In this document: piece after piece, positions 52,536-64,000 of the stretch | Numbering within the stretch: position 1 is the first letter of the stretch | How the letters are laid out: the number at the start of each line of letters is the position of its first letter | From: Octopus sinensis | Taxonomy: Eukaryota | Reading direction: 5' to 3' | NCBI RefSeq assembly: GCF_006345805.1 | Contig: NC_043016.1 | Coordinates: 1,178,001-1,242,000 of the forward strand | Length of the DNA stretch: 64,000 nucleotides | Made by a program: the position numbers and the translations under genes | The notes under the pieces: model-generated | The model's input: the letters and a program-made list of their open reading frames with translations, nothing else | The model's database searches: none | Told to the model about the DNA's origin: nothing

Positions 52536-54875
52536 TCATTGGTATGCAAGAAATGTGTGCCGCCTCCAGTGCGGACATCTAAAAGAATTTTGCAAAATCG
52601 AGTTAACTAGTTGCCCTCGGGCGAACAAAATGTGAAAGAGTTCCGAGTTGCAAAGATTACAGATTCTTTTGCCTCTATCAAACGGTACAGACACCGATAA
52701 AATCGACCATTCCAGTCTAAAGGTTGAATTCGCGTTCTTCAAACGCCAGACTAATTTACTTAGCCCGGTCGCGTGTTGCTTTCCAAAATCGCGAAACGTT
52801 GTGAAGTGATTCGATATTCTAACGGCCAATTTCGATGATGAAGCTCCGATATACAAGTAGACATCTGATTCAGTATAAACTCTGCATTGCTAAATGGCGT
52901 TTCTAATCTTGGAATTACTAGATAAGAACCTTATTCTATTGGGATTGGCTTCCGATATTAATACGGCGTTCTTATTACTATGATGATTGTAAGAACTACG
53001 GCTGCCTTCGACATTATACACCCCATTATCAATACTATTTAATGGAATATCACCTGTATACTCCCTGCCACTGAGAACGCTGTGATTGCTATTGTCCGTG
53101 ATACTACTGTTGTTAAAACCGCTGCTAATATTGTTGTTGGGACTCCCTACATTAGTGACTCGGTCAGTGCTCTTATCCCTATTACCATTACTAACGTTAA
53201 TGCCGCAACCATTGCTCTTATCCTTATTCCTATTATTAACTCCATGGCTGGTATGGAGGTTGCAAATATCTGTGCCGGTTCTATTATCATTATTATTATT
53301 ATTACTGCGCGTTATGCTGGCATTAGACGGAGCTGCGTCTCCGTTCGTGGGTGAGAGGGTCTTATTTAGCAGCTTATTGTTATGGGAGGAAATTATCTGC
53401 GAAGATTTTTGTATTGGAGAAGGCTATCCTAACTTGTGTGAGTTAACAGTGGAGTAATATCTCGAATTTCTGGGAAAATTACTACTGGCAATGGCTTGGC
53501 GAACTGCAGGGGTAGTTATTCTTATTTGTTTACCAAAGGGAATTACAACCAAATATATTTATTCCTGTTTTTGTTACTGGGTCGGGGAGTCAACTCTAAC
53601 ATTAAGGTGGGTATTTCTAGTTGAATAATAGGTTTGGCTTACTATGGCCTCCCCTGGACCGCAAATTATTTATGTTATCTATATTTATTCTAGATGTACT
53701 TGTCTCGACATTCCTCAGGCTACCATCACTACTTATATTATTTATGTTATTGTAGCTGGCCTTATCCTGATGACAGAATGCTGGCTTAGGAAGGGCCGGA
53801 TCTATATATACTACTTCTCCCTATAACCGGCTTTAGACAGGGCGGCGTTATAAATTCCGCTTTCTGCCCAAAATGTCGACATTGGCAGACAATTAGTTAA
53901 TCTTTGAGAAATATTTTAACCAAATTGTCTGTTATAGTTTTAGCGTGGTTCGAGAAAACACTGACATATTTTAAGTTAGTGGAAGGTTTGTGGTAGGGGC
54001 AGTAAGAGTCGCTATGGAGGTTTAGGTGTGACATCTAAGAAATTAGCCTTGGTAAGTTCGTTATCAAAAACTATACTCATGCCCATCCTATTAAAGAACC
54101 TAGCTAATCTATTTTTAGTTTTCTGTACGATTTTGTTCGGGGGTGTTTGTAGGTAAAACAGACAATCGTCACGATATAGGCCGCCACCGATGTCCGGGAA
54201 TTGGTCGGATAATTCATAGAGAATATAGATTCCGACCAAATCGGCAATCTGCGCGCTATCTGAACTACCCATAGGTACATCGAACTCGTTGGGAGTATCC
54301 TTACGAACCCCACAACTTATTTTCAAACTTTATAACTGATTTTCTGGCGACTAGAATTATATCAATTTCTTCTCTAGTGAGACCTGCCTTATTATGTGCA
54401 TGCCACAGGCCTTATTGAGTACACTAGGGTTAATTGAGGGGTAGAAATTAGCAATATCGAACTGAATGAACTTAGTTCGGTTTTTATTAGGGATAGAAGA
54501 GAACCACTTTACGACTTGCGAGGAGTTCGCCCAGAGGTTAAGCTTATTGACTAAACTAGGAATGTATTTGTCTAAAATGTACTTACTGATGGCGCCGATG
54601 TCAGAACTAGAAGGGCATATGAGCCTTAATGCTGGGTTGGTGTAGAAATTTGGTTTGTGGTCCTTAACGATGAATCTAGGTTGTTTTGGGCTAAGCGGCT
54701 GTGTTCTCATTTGAATTCCATAATTAACCATTATTTTCTTAATCTCCAAGTTGACTTTTCTCAGTGTGTTCTTGTTTGTGGTTCTATAGTTCTTCTGGAT
54801 CTCTTTTCTGAGTAATTCTAAGTAGTGGTTAATAGGTAACTTGTACGTGTTCCTTGTTTTGTCAGATGAGAACAC
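52536..54875 (-). pseudogene. PLE RT + GIY-YIG, disrupted, with a 5' inversion at 54864-55029
   Basis: FIVKDHKPNF, FDIANFYPSI, VPMGSSDSAQIADLVG, GLYRDD, NFLDVT; YIGASSSKL..ISNH..EWSIL..CNLC. Confidence 0.88.
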
Positions 54876-55039
54876 AGCCGCTTAGCCCAAAACAACCTAG
54901 ATTCATCGTTAAGGACCACAAACCAGATTTCTACACCAACCCAGCATTAACGCTCATATGCTCTTCTAGTTCTGACATCGGCGCCATCAGTAAGTACATT
55001 TTAGGCAATTACATTCCTAGTTTAGTCAAAGACACTCAC

Positions 55040-55080
<41 letters not shown>

Positions 55081-55092
55081 CTCGTCTCTCTA

Positions 55093-55143
<51 letters not shown>

Positions 55144-55154
55144 TATATATATAC

Positions 55155-55527
55155 AGGGGGCTTCTTTCAATTCCGCTTACAAGACATGGGCGGCCCGAGG
55201 CTAGTAGTAGTAACACTTGTACAAGGTGCACGTAGTGGGACTGAACTCCCATCCACGTGGTCGGGAAGGAAGCAGCACAAATGGCAGCACCGTTATGTCT
55301 ATCAAGTACCTTTTACTTGTTTCAGTCATTTGACTGTGGCCATGCTGGAGTAACGCCTTGAAGAGTTCATTTAGTCGAATAAAATAACTACGGGTCTAAT
55401 ATTTTTAAAGCTTAGTTCTTATTCTATCAGACTCTTTTGCCGAACTACTAAGTTGCGGAGACGTAAACACACCAGCACCGGTTGTCAAGCAGTGGTGGTG
55501 GACAAAGCCAGACACAAAGACACTCAC

Positions 55528-55530
<3 letters not shown>
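55155..55530 (-). mobile_element. Two adjacent SINE fragments (head, then tail)
   Basis: Reverse complements of the SINE head (55155-55265) and tail (55290-55530). Confidence 0.7.
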
Positions 55531-55590
<60 letters not shown>

Positions 55591-56067
55591 ATATATATAT
55601 ATTATATAATGTATATATTATTCCTTACTGTATTCGTGTAACTCTTATTTCTGTATCTTTATTTGAATTTTTATCTGAATTATGGCTTGTACTGTAGAGT
55701 CCAGCGAAACTAATTTAAACATACCTAATTTAAGCATACCTATTTTACCCATACTTACGGGTTTAAAAAAAATTAAAATATAGTTTATTGTGTTGAACGT
55801 TGATAAAGTTGTATAAGGGTCTGATGATTGGTGTCGCATCTTGAGAGGGGTTCCAGGGAAACACGGAGTGGTTTAGGAACCGGAGGATGTACCTCATGAA
55901 ACACGTGTTGCCAAGTAATAAAACAGGAGTTATTTAAAATAAAATAAAATTCTTTTTATTAGGTGAGAAGTAGGTGTATACTATCTCTAAATTAAAATAT
56001 ATTTCTTCATTGAGAATAATTTGAACCTCTGTTATGCCAGAATTTTTATTTCCTAAAAGATAATTTA

Positions 56068-56129
<62 letters not shown>

Positions 56130-56152
56130 TATATATGTATATATAATTATAA

Positions 56153-56744
56153 TTAGGGTATCTAAGATATACCACCACGCTGGAAATAGCAGCCAAAACT
56201 TGACTCTAAAAGCACACATTAAATGTTCATACAGCACCAGAAGAGAAAACAAGAGACAAATAACTAGCAAAGTGACTGCATAATTCCCAGGTTTCCGGAT
56301 TTCAGGTTTTGCATAAGAAAATATTTGCCTTCATCAGTGGAATATATTCAGATAGCACATAAATACAAATATATATATATATATATGCAATTATATATAT
56401 ATGTATTGATAAAAACGGTAAGATAACAAAAGAAAGAGACCTCAATATTATGTAAATAGAGGAATTTATCTGTAAATGTAACATGTGACAATTATTCGGT
56501 AGCCAAGATAATACTCTGAGTTTCGGATGCCAAGGTGTAAATCCACGCCACCATCTCTTCTGTTATCCGGCCAAAATTTCTTATGCAGAGTCAGAAATCC
56601 GAGATTTGGAATTATCCAGCAATTTTTTGCTAGTTTATTTTGTTTCTTTGTCTTCCCTCCTGGTGCTGTACGAACATTTAATGTGGTTTTAGAGTCAAGT
56701 TTTGGCTGCTATTTCTAGCGTGGTGGTATCTCTTAGATACCTTA
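56153..56744. repeat. Fold-back module with diverged arms and a degenerate hammerhead (minus 56283-56342)
   Basis: Arms 56153-56321 and 56577-56744; UUCCA-CUGAUGA-AGG..CCU-GAAA-UCCGGA, cleavage triplet mutated. Confidence 0.75.
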
Positions 56745-57036
56745 AATTTCAATAATAATTATTACCTTTGAAGGTTTTTATTCCCTTGCTGGCCATGTGA
56801 GAAGATCGGTATTTAAATAACCTGGGCTTCAGAGGCCAACTTCACGGCAGGAGGTGCAGATGAGGGCAGCTGCATCGAACTCTCTCATGCACCAAATGGC
56901 AATTGCTAAAAAGCATTCGTGAAGTAAAATCATGTAGCAACACCAAATGGCGATGCCCCAGCATGGCCACTGCTCGTGAGCTGAAACTAGATAAAATAAA
57001 AAAAATAAATAAATAAAATAAAAAATATATATATAT

Positions 57037-57628
57037 TTTCAGCATATTTTGGCTTTGGAAATTTTTTCTTTTGCCCTTACTTATAAATTGTTTATAAATT
57101 TAACCTTTAAAGGTATTTTTTAATATGCTGGCCATTGATAGCATTTTTTTCGAAAAATTTTATCCTATATTAGATGTTAGTTTAATAGTGTTCACTTCCG
57201 GACTCTCTCACTTTACGAGAGTTTTTAGTTCGAATCGCCCCTGTCTCGAGTTTCTATTTTGGATGTATTTGGGGTACTTAATTGTGCTCATGACTTAGTG
57301 TTCACTTCTTCCGTGGGTATAAGTAAGTATTCACTTATTTCTTTGCCGCATTTATCACTGATGAAGGGAAGGTCTTATGAACTAACTCTGAAATGGGTCC
57401 GATATGGTAATAACGGATTTTTTTTAGAAATTTCTGTCGGCTTTTTCGAAACGCGTGCTTGTAGTGATAAATTACATGGTTATTGACGTTGTGTCTATTT
57501 TCGGCATATTTTGGCAGTACAAATTTTTTCTTTTGTCCTTATAAATTGTTTATAAATTTAACCTTTAAAGGTATTTTTTAATATGCTGGCCATTGATAGA
57601 ATTTTTTCGAAAAGTTTTATCCTATATT
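57037..57628 (+). mobile_element. 1.3-mer of a ~462-bp ORF-less unit (pLTR/retrozyme-like)
   Basis: Direct repeats 57037-57171 and 57499-57628; further fragments at 31500-31615 and 43124-43660. Confidence 0.75.
57350..57472 (+). ncRNA. Type I hammerhead ribozyme
   Basis: AUUUAUCA-CUGAUGA-A-GGGAAG..CUUUUUC-GAAA-CGCGUGCUUG-UA|G-UGAUAAAU; A·G mismatch at the first stem I pair. Confidence 0.65.
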
Positions 57629-57831
57629 ATAAACTTTTAATACTTTTGATATATACTTAAAATAATATAAATTAATTAATTTTATGTATTGGCTTATGTT
57701 TTTCATTGTTTGATTTGCCTAATAGTGGTTTTATCTCTAATTTAATATAATATAATATTTTACTATAAAATCGGATTTAATCCTAAATCTGATTTTTCCC
57801 TGTAAGTTTGGATTTATTCCCTAATATTTTA

Positions 57832-58371
57832 TAAGATAAACCGAGTTTGTAAACGTTTTTAATTTTCATTTCATTGAATTTATCCAATTTTTGTGTATCT
57901 AGTACTCGCTTCTTCTTTTAGAGGCCTTTAATGTACTTATATATGAATAACATATAGCCTAATGGCTAAAATGTCTTTTGTGCTAGATCACTGGCAATAA
58001 TAATTTATTTTATTGCCTTTTTACTATGTTTACATATTTCTCGATAAATTTTGATCGTAAGACCCTATACCAGAACCCTCTCTGTTTGTCGGGTATGTTC
58101 TGCGTCTGCGCAACGATCTGAAAAGTTAGAGAATGCAAGTCAGTAGAGTCGCACATGCTTCTATTGATATGTACTTCTAGGATAACAAAGGCTGCTTACT
58201 GAAGAGTCTAGCCTTTGCAGATAAATTATATTTACTGCTGAAAAAGACGAAACTGCAGTATAAGATGAACCAAGTTTGTAAACGTTTTTAATTTTCATTT
58301 CATTGAATTTATCCAATTTTTGTGTATCTAGTACTCGCTTCTCTTCTTCTTTTAGAGGCCTTTAATGTACT

Positions 58372-58375
<4 letters not shown>
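57832..58375 (+). mobile_element. 1.27-mer of a 429-bp ORF-less unit (retrozyme-like)
   Basis: TAAGAT(A/G)AACC(G/A)AGTTTGTAAACG...ATGTACTTATAT starts at 57832 and at 58261. Confidence 0.8.
58195..58264 (+). ncRNA. Type I hammerhead ribozyme, all canonical elements present
   Basis: CUUA-CUGAAGA-GUCU..AGAC-GAAA-CUGCAG-UA|UAAG; cut after A58260. Confidence 0.9.
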
Positions 58376-58427
<52 letters not shown>

Positions 58428-58429
58428 AA

Positions 58430-58630
58430 TTCGACGGGCTTCTTTCAGTTTTCACTTGCCACAAATCCACTCACGCAGCTACACACAGCTTTGGTCGGCA
58501 TGAGGCATTTGGTCGGGATGAGACATTTGTCTAGGACATTTGTCTAGGACATTTGCGCAGTGTGACTGGACCTCGATCCATGTTTTTGGGAAGAAACTCT
58601 CTTACCACAAAACCACGACTGCGCCTATAA
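58430..58630 (-). mobile_element. SINE head, degenerate
   Basis: Reverse complement of the SINE head, ending in ..ACGACTGCGCCTATA. Confidence 0.7.
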
Positions 58631-59767
58631 TTGAATATTTTTAAATATTGAATAGCTATTAGGGTCCACCCTAGTAAAACAAGAATCTAAGAGATCCACA
58701 GGTAAAAATTGGCTGAGAACCATGATCTGGAGTTATTTTTAGTGTCTCTTTTCTTTTACGTGATATGATGTGACCCGTGGTTAATTGGTTGCTATTTCTA
58801 GCATATCAAACAATAACGCAGATGCATTCTCTCAATGACTGATGTTGGAGGTGATACGATGCTTATATCATTTAGCAACATTTTGATCTTCCTCTCTGTT
58901 CGATGTTTCATTTAACGACGCCTTTCCATTCAGTGTTTCAGTTAACGAAGTTTTGAACATTCAATGTTTTTCTGAAGTACGTACTGAGAGCCATTCAGTT
59001 TGCTCGGTCATTAAAGAAATAAGCTGAAGTTATGACAGTTAACGTCAAAGCTCTATCTTAGTGCAAGGATTACAAATCTTTGATCCTTTGTTGTCTGTCT
59101 ACAATCGTTGAAACTATCACAGATGTCACAAATTGATTTTTACATTTTTATCAAGTTATATACATCTATATATGCATGGGGGTATGTATGTATGTATGTG
59201 GTTGGTTTTATTGCATGTTCGATATTGTAAAATCTGGCTGCATACAAAATATATACGATAATCACAACAGAATATAAAATGGAAATAAGAATAACAATAA
59301 CAATGCTAACAACAACAACACTAGGTATTTTAGATGCTAGGTGACGTCATGATGTAACTAGACAGATATGTGAGTGGGAAGGTGGTCAACTGTCTGCTGG
59401 TCTGCTATCTATATGCCAAAAGTCTGCTCAATATTTCAACCTGCTAGAGATAACACTCCACTCACACTCTGCTGACTTTAATATAATCCTATCTTTCTAT
59501 CACTTACATATTTAAGTGATTGAACTCCGGCCATTCTGGGGCAGCGCTCTGAATCGACACCCAGTATATTATTTTTTGTTTTTATCAAGTCTGCTACTTA
59601 AAGCATCGGTGATTTGCTCTTTTACTGAATCGCAAAATTGAAAGGGCGTAAACAAACAAACAGACCTATACATGCTGTCAAGAAATATACACACACACAC
59701 TCACAAACACACACAAACACAGACACAGACAGACAAACACAAACACAGACACATATGCACATACATA

Positions 59768-60723
59768 TAGGCGTAGGCGTGGCTGTGCGGTAAGAAGTTT
59801 AGTCTTCCAGCCACAAGGTTTAGATTTAGTCCCGTTGCATGGTATCTTGGGCAAGTGTCTTCTGCTATAACTTTATGCTGCTCAAAGCCTTGTGAGTGGA
59901 TATCGTAGACGGAAACTGAAAGAAGCCTGTCGTCCGTTACGTTCTTATTCCATGTTTTGGACTTATATAGCGGCATACGTACACTTTTTGCTCACAATGT
60001 AAGTATGTATCTAAATTCTGTACGACTTTTTTTTACTCCTTCTTTTAGTCCCCTTTATACTTTTTTCTTTCTTTCCTCTTTTCTATTTTTTGCTCCCCTC
60101 ACTCCCATCTCTCGGCATTCTCTTTCTTTAATCTCTCTACTTTCCTTCTTTATTTACCTTGTACCTTTTCTTCTCACTTCCTCTCTCTTTCTCTCTAGTT
60201 CCTTCCCTATTTCTTCAATCCCTTTACACCTACCTCTCTCTCTTTCCTTCCACGTTACCGACGTTCAGCCAAGCATGATCTTTCTTGGCCTGACCGCCAC
60301 CCGTAGAGCACCTTATGTTCCTGTTTCCTGACTTTCATCTATGTTTGTGCGTTTTGGCTTTCACTCCACACGCCATCTCAACTTGATTCATCCTTTTTAG
60401 TCGAAAGACACCTGTTGTAATTCCCTTGTTGTTTGTATTTGTAATCGTGTAACATTTTCTGTTTTCTCGTTTTATTGCCAATGTTGTAGATATTCGCTTG
60501 CTTTCCTCTAAAAACTTCATACTCTTAGCTTAGAGTTTTGGAGCCAACCAATTTTGAACAGTCTCAAGTGTAACAGGCCGAAACTGTAATGATAATTGGA
60601 AACTTGACTGATGAATAGAAGGCCACGAATGACCCGTCCTTGTTTTTTTCAGTCTGCCTTGTATCGTCTATCTGTCCGTATATTTTTATTGTCGTCCGTT
60701 ACGTTCTTATTCCATTTATATAC

Positions 60724-60766
<43 letters not shown>

Positions 60767-61085
60767 GTGTGTGTGTATATAGATATTATATGTTTATATA
60801 TGTATATATATGCGCGCATACACACACACACACACACATACACATATATACATATACACACCCACATGTGTGTGTGTTGTCCCTCACCGTCGCTTGACAA
60901 CTGGTGTGAATGTTGAAGTCCCTGTAAATTAGCGGTTTGGTAAACGAGACCGATAGAATAAGTACCAGCCTTAAAAAAACACAAAAACAAAAAACCAATA
61001 CTGAGGGCGAGTCGCTCGACTAAAATTTCTTCAAGGCGGTGCCCCACAAATGGCCGCACACTAATGAATGAAACAAGTAAAAGAT
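59768..61085 (+). mobile_element. Bipartite SINE split by a ~790-bp insert
   Basis: Head 59768-59933, tail 60860-61085; insert bounded by GTCGTCCGTTACGTTCTTATTCCAT at 59929 and 60692. Confidence 0.7.
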
Positions 61086-61419
61086 TAATACATACATACA
61101 TACATACATACATACATACATACATACATACATACATACATACATACATACATACATACATTCAAACATCTATACATGCGCTCTGTACACCAATGTGATT
61201 AGAAAAATACAAGAGAAAGGCATCATTGATAAGAATTTTGTAGAACACCATATTAATGGTCCACAGAAGGATGAAGTGAAGAAGCAGAAAAAAAAGAAAA
61301 AGCAGGAGGAGGAGGAGGAAGGCAAGGAGTAGAGAAGAAAAAGCCTATTAGGCAGATTTGTTTAAATTAGGTCTCGTACCGAGAGAGGGCCCCAAGCGTA
61401 GGAAGCTATGATGAATAAA

Positions 61420-61525
61420 ACATTTTCTAATGGTTTTATTGCTTTGACAATGCCCGTAAGAGTTGCATCAGGCGAAAGAAACTTTTCAAAACTAAAACTT
61501 ATTAATCATACCTACGGTCAATAAG
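61420..61525 (+). pseudogene. hAT transposase C-terminal dimerisation-domain scrap
   Basis: Manual translation FIALTMPVRVASGERNFSKLKLI. Confidence 0.7.
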
Positions 61526-61879
61526 AGAATTATATCCATTCAAAGAACTCGGAAGAGATGTTCTGTCAAAAATTTAAATCTAAACAAACAGGCCCGTCTC
61601 CACATGTCAATATTAGTGCTTTGATGACAAAAAGCTAAAACTCATGTCGGATCGGTCATCACTCGGGTCAGCAAGGAGCTCGTTACCCAGTGGGGAACCA
61701 GACTTGGATCGAAAGTCTGATACTAGAACAAACCCTTAAAATGACGATCAATAAGAAACTCAGCACCAGGATAATCCTAAACCTAGACCTGTGGTGAAAC
61801 TACCTAAAACACCACCTAAAGCAAATCACTAGAGGGGACTAGATGGACTAGAGAGGAATGTAGAGATGTTTTGAAAGCA

Positions 61880-62330
61880 TTTTATACAAGAAGCAGAAGA
61901 TGAAGAAGGACAAGAAGGAGGATGAGGAGGAGAAGAAGGAGCAGAAGATGAAGTTGGGGGAGGAGGAGGATGAGACGAAGAAGAAGAGGAAGAAGGGGAA
62001 GAACAATTTAAAAAGAAAGAAAAGGAGATGAGGATGATGATGATGAAGATGAAGAAGAAGGGGAAGAAGGGGAAGAACAATTTAAAAAGAAAGAAAAGGA
62101 GATGAGGATGATGATGATGAAGATGAAGAAGAAGAAGAGGAAGTAGAGGAGGAAGAAGGAGATGAAGAAGAAGCAGAAGATGAAGAAGAAGAAGAAGAAG
62201 AAGAAGAAGAAAAGAAAAGAAAGAAGGAGACGAAGAAGAAGATGAAGAAGAAGAAGATGAAGAAGAAGAAGAGGAAGAAAAAGAAGACGAACGAGAAGAA
62301 GGAGGAAGGGGAGGAGAGTAAATCTGAACA
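61880..62330. repeat. (GAA/GAG/GAT)n low-complexity tract with an internal ~70-bp duplication
   Basis: GGGGAAGAACAATTTAAAAAGAAAGAAAAGGAGATGAGG occurs twice. Confidence 0.85.
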
Positions 62331-62859
62331 CTGAAGAAACAACAAAAAACTGTGAAGTATACGAGGAAAAGTGGAAAACGTTACGACACATAAATTGAAG
62401 ACAATAATTAAGATTACAGAAGCAAAAGGAGACATTATTGGAAATTTCAGTCAGATTGAGTTTACCGACATGGATAAAAGAGAAGCGCTGCCACAGTTTA
62501 CAGACGGTGCAAAAAATAATAACAATATTTTGATCTATAAGTTTGGTCTAAAAGAGATTTTAAGAGATAAAGTAAATGACCTAAAAACCTTAATCTTATC
62601 TATTTCACTGCTAATGTAGCAAGTGCTCAAATAGGTATTAGAATTACAAGGAAAAAAGAAACCAGAAGTTTTAAACCTACTGAATAGAAAGTAAAAATAC
62701 AAAAATACATTGAGGCTCTGAGGGCGAATGTATCAAGTCTCGATGAAGTTGCGAGAGGAGCATATGTCAAAACAAGAAAAGCTAGAAAAATCAAACAAAA
62801 CAGATCTCATAAATCTCACTGCGATTAAGGAATTATTTCATGACCCGGTTCCAATCTTG

Positions 62860-63250
62860 GCCACTGCAACAAAGTCCATATGCCACACTTCTCGGGTTCA
62901 ACATTCCAGGCCAATGCGATCAAGTTGTCGATGTAAGTGTGACGACGTTTTCCTCTTCTTACATCCCCATGAAGTGGGTCCCACATGACTAATTTGGATG
63001 CTTGCAGTATAAAGTGGCGCATGCAGTGACCAGATGGTCGAAGCCGTCTTCTCTTGGTCTTCTCGCTAGCTTTCGCAGGTCGTCATAAAGGCATTTGTTT
63101 GTCATATGTTGCTGCCATTTCACATTGAAGGTCATTCGTAACCTCCTTGTGTAGCAGCCATGTATCCCGTTTGATAATTTCTTTTTCAGTGTCCATGTTT
63201 CGCTACCACATAACACAGGACTAGACTGGATCCCTGTCTTGCTGCTGAAT
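62860..63250 (-). pseudogene. RTE/RTE-X LINE 3' fragment
   Basis: LCGSETWTL..GCYTRRLRMTFNVKWQQHMTN; MRH..ASKLVMWDPLHG..RRGKRRHTYIDNL. Confidence 0.8.
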
Positions 63251-63359
63251 TCACAACAATACACGAATAATATCTTCAGGAGAAGCTACCTCAATCCTTT
63301 CTATATTAACCAAAATGAAGTAGTTTGACAAAATTATTTTTTTAACCAGTTCAAGACAC

Positions 63360-64000
63360 AAGCTGTCGAAATATCCTGAATAATAGAGGAAAGTGTAACA
63401 ATATCAAACTAGATAAAACATTTGAAATATAAGAAGTAGACCAAAGCCAATCATTCTTAGAAGTCAATAAACTAGATATAATACAACACACAAATGAAAG
63501 AGAAAATAAGAAAATATAGACAAGTTACATAAATACTGAAAACAGCTCAATGCGAAAAACAAGATAATAGGTATCAACACTCAAGCCGTCCCAGTTATAA
63601 GTTACAACTACAATATTCTTTACTGGACTCTAAATGAACTAATCACAATAGAGAGGAAAACAAGAAAAATACTGACATGATTTAGGATACACCACTCAAA
63701 ATCTGTATATATACAACATATACAGCTAACACTATTACAAAATAACCACCATAGGACTACAAAAATACCTACTTCAGAAGTAAGGAAAACTGATACAAAT
63801 AGCTATAAAACACGAGCAAAATAAAAAAGCTGTTTTCCGTCTTTTAGGAAGCTGACGAATACAAGAAGAAGCCATAGTACCTAACAATTACGAGGAAAAA
63901 GAAGAAACAACAGAAGCTGTAAAACAACTGAAGTCCAAAATAAAACTGGAACAGCAGCGGATCATGATTAAACAATGGCAAGAAAGCCCCCTACATGGCA
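63360..64000 (+). mobile_element. R4/Dong fragment (A/B subfamily), degenerate, running off the window end
   Basis: Reverse-complement homolog of 19690-20460 (..AAAAACAAGATAATAGGTATCAACAC..CCCCTACATGGCA). Confidence 0.85.

Noticed and set aside
53082-53457. Plus-strand hydrophobic ORFs (90 and 123 aa)
   Set aside because: Antisense to the N-rich linker of the minus-strand PLE.
55815-55880. CTGATGA...GAAACAC possible hammerhead
   Set aside because: No stem I pairing and a poor stem II.
62371-62820. ORFs that might be a host exon or a LINE N-terminus
   Set aside because: No recognisable motif or clear splice signals; cannot be assigned without a search.

Overview
AT-rich, microsatellite-saturated animal genomic DNA, almost certainly non-genic. 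The recurrent tRNA-headed SINEs look like octopus SINEs; that organism call is from recall and is unverified. I find no host protein-coding gene, rRNA, tRNA gene or CRISPR array, and nearly all listed ORFs are microsatellite read-throughs or transposon fragments. The window holds: (1) at least six Penelope-like element (PLE) coding remnants, including a ~6-kb copy with pseudo-LTRs at 10.3-16.4 kb; (2) a head-to-tail stack of six R4/Dong LINE pieces separated by (TAA)n-derived repeats at 17.4-29.4 kb; (3) a full-length mariner plus a deleted one, a Chapaev3-like remnant, a hAT scrap, RTE and Tx1/L1 fragments, and an ORF1-only Tx1-like remnant; (4) most strikingly, 12 type I hammerhead ribozyme (HHR) motifs with intact cores (9 sequence families) plus about a dozen degenerate or variant ones. 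Most have self-complementary stem III, and many sit in short ORF-less modules that are 1.x-mer direct repeats or head-to-head fold-backs whose breakpoints fall at or inside the ribozyme. All ribozyme folds were read by eye and are untested. Some near-identical duplications may be long-read assembly artefacts.
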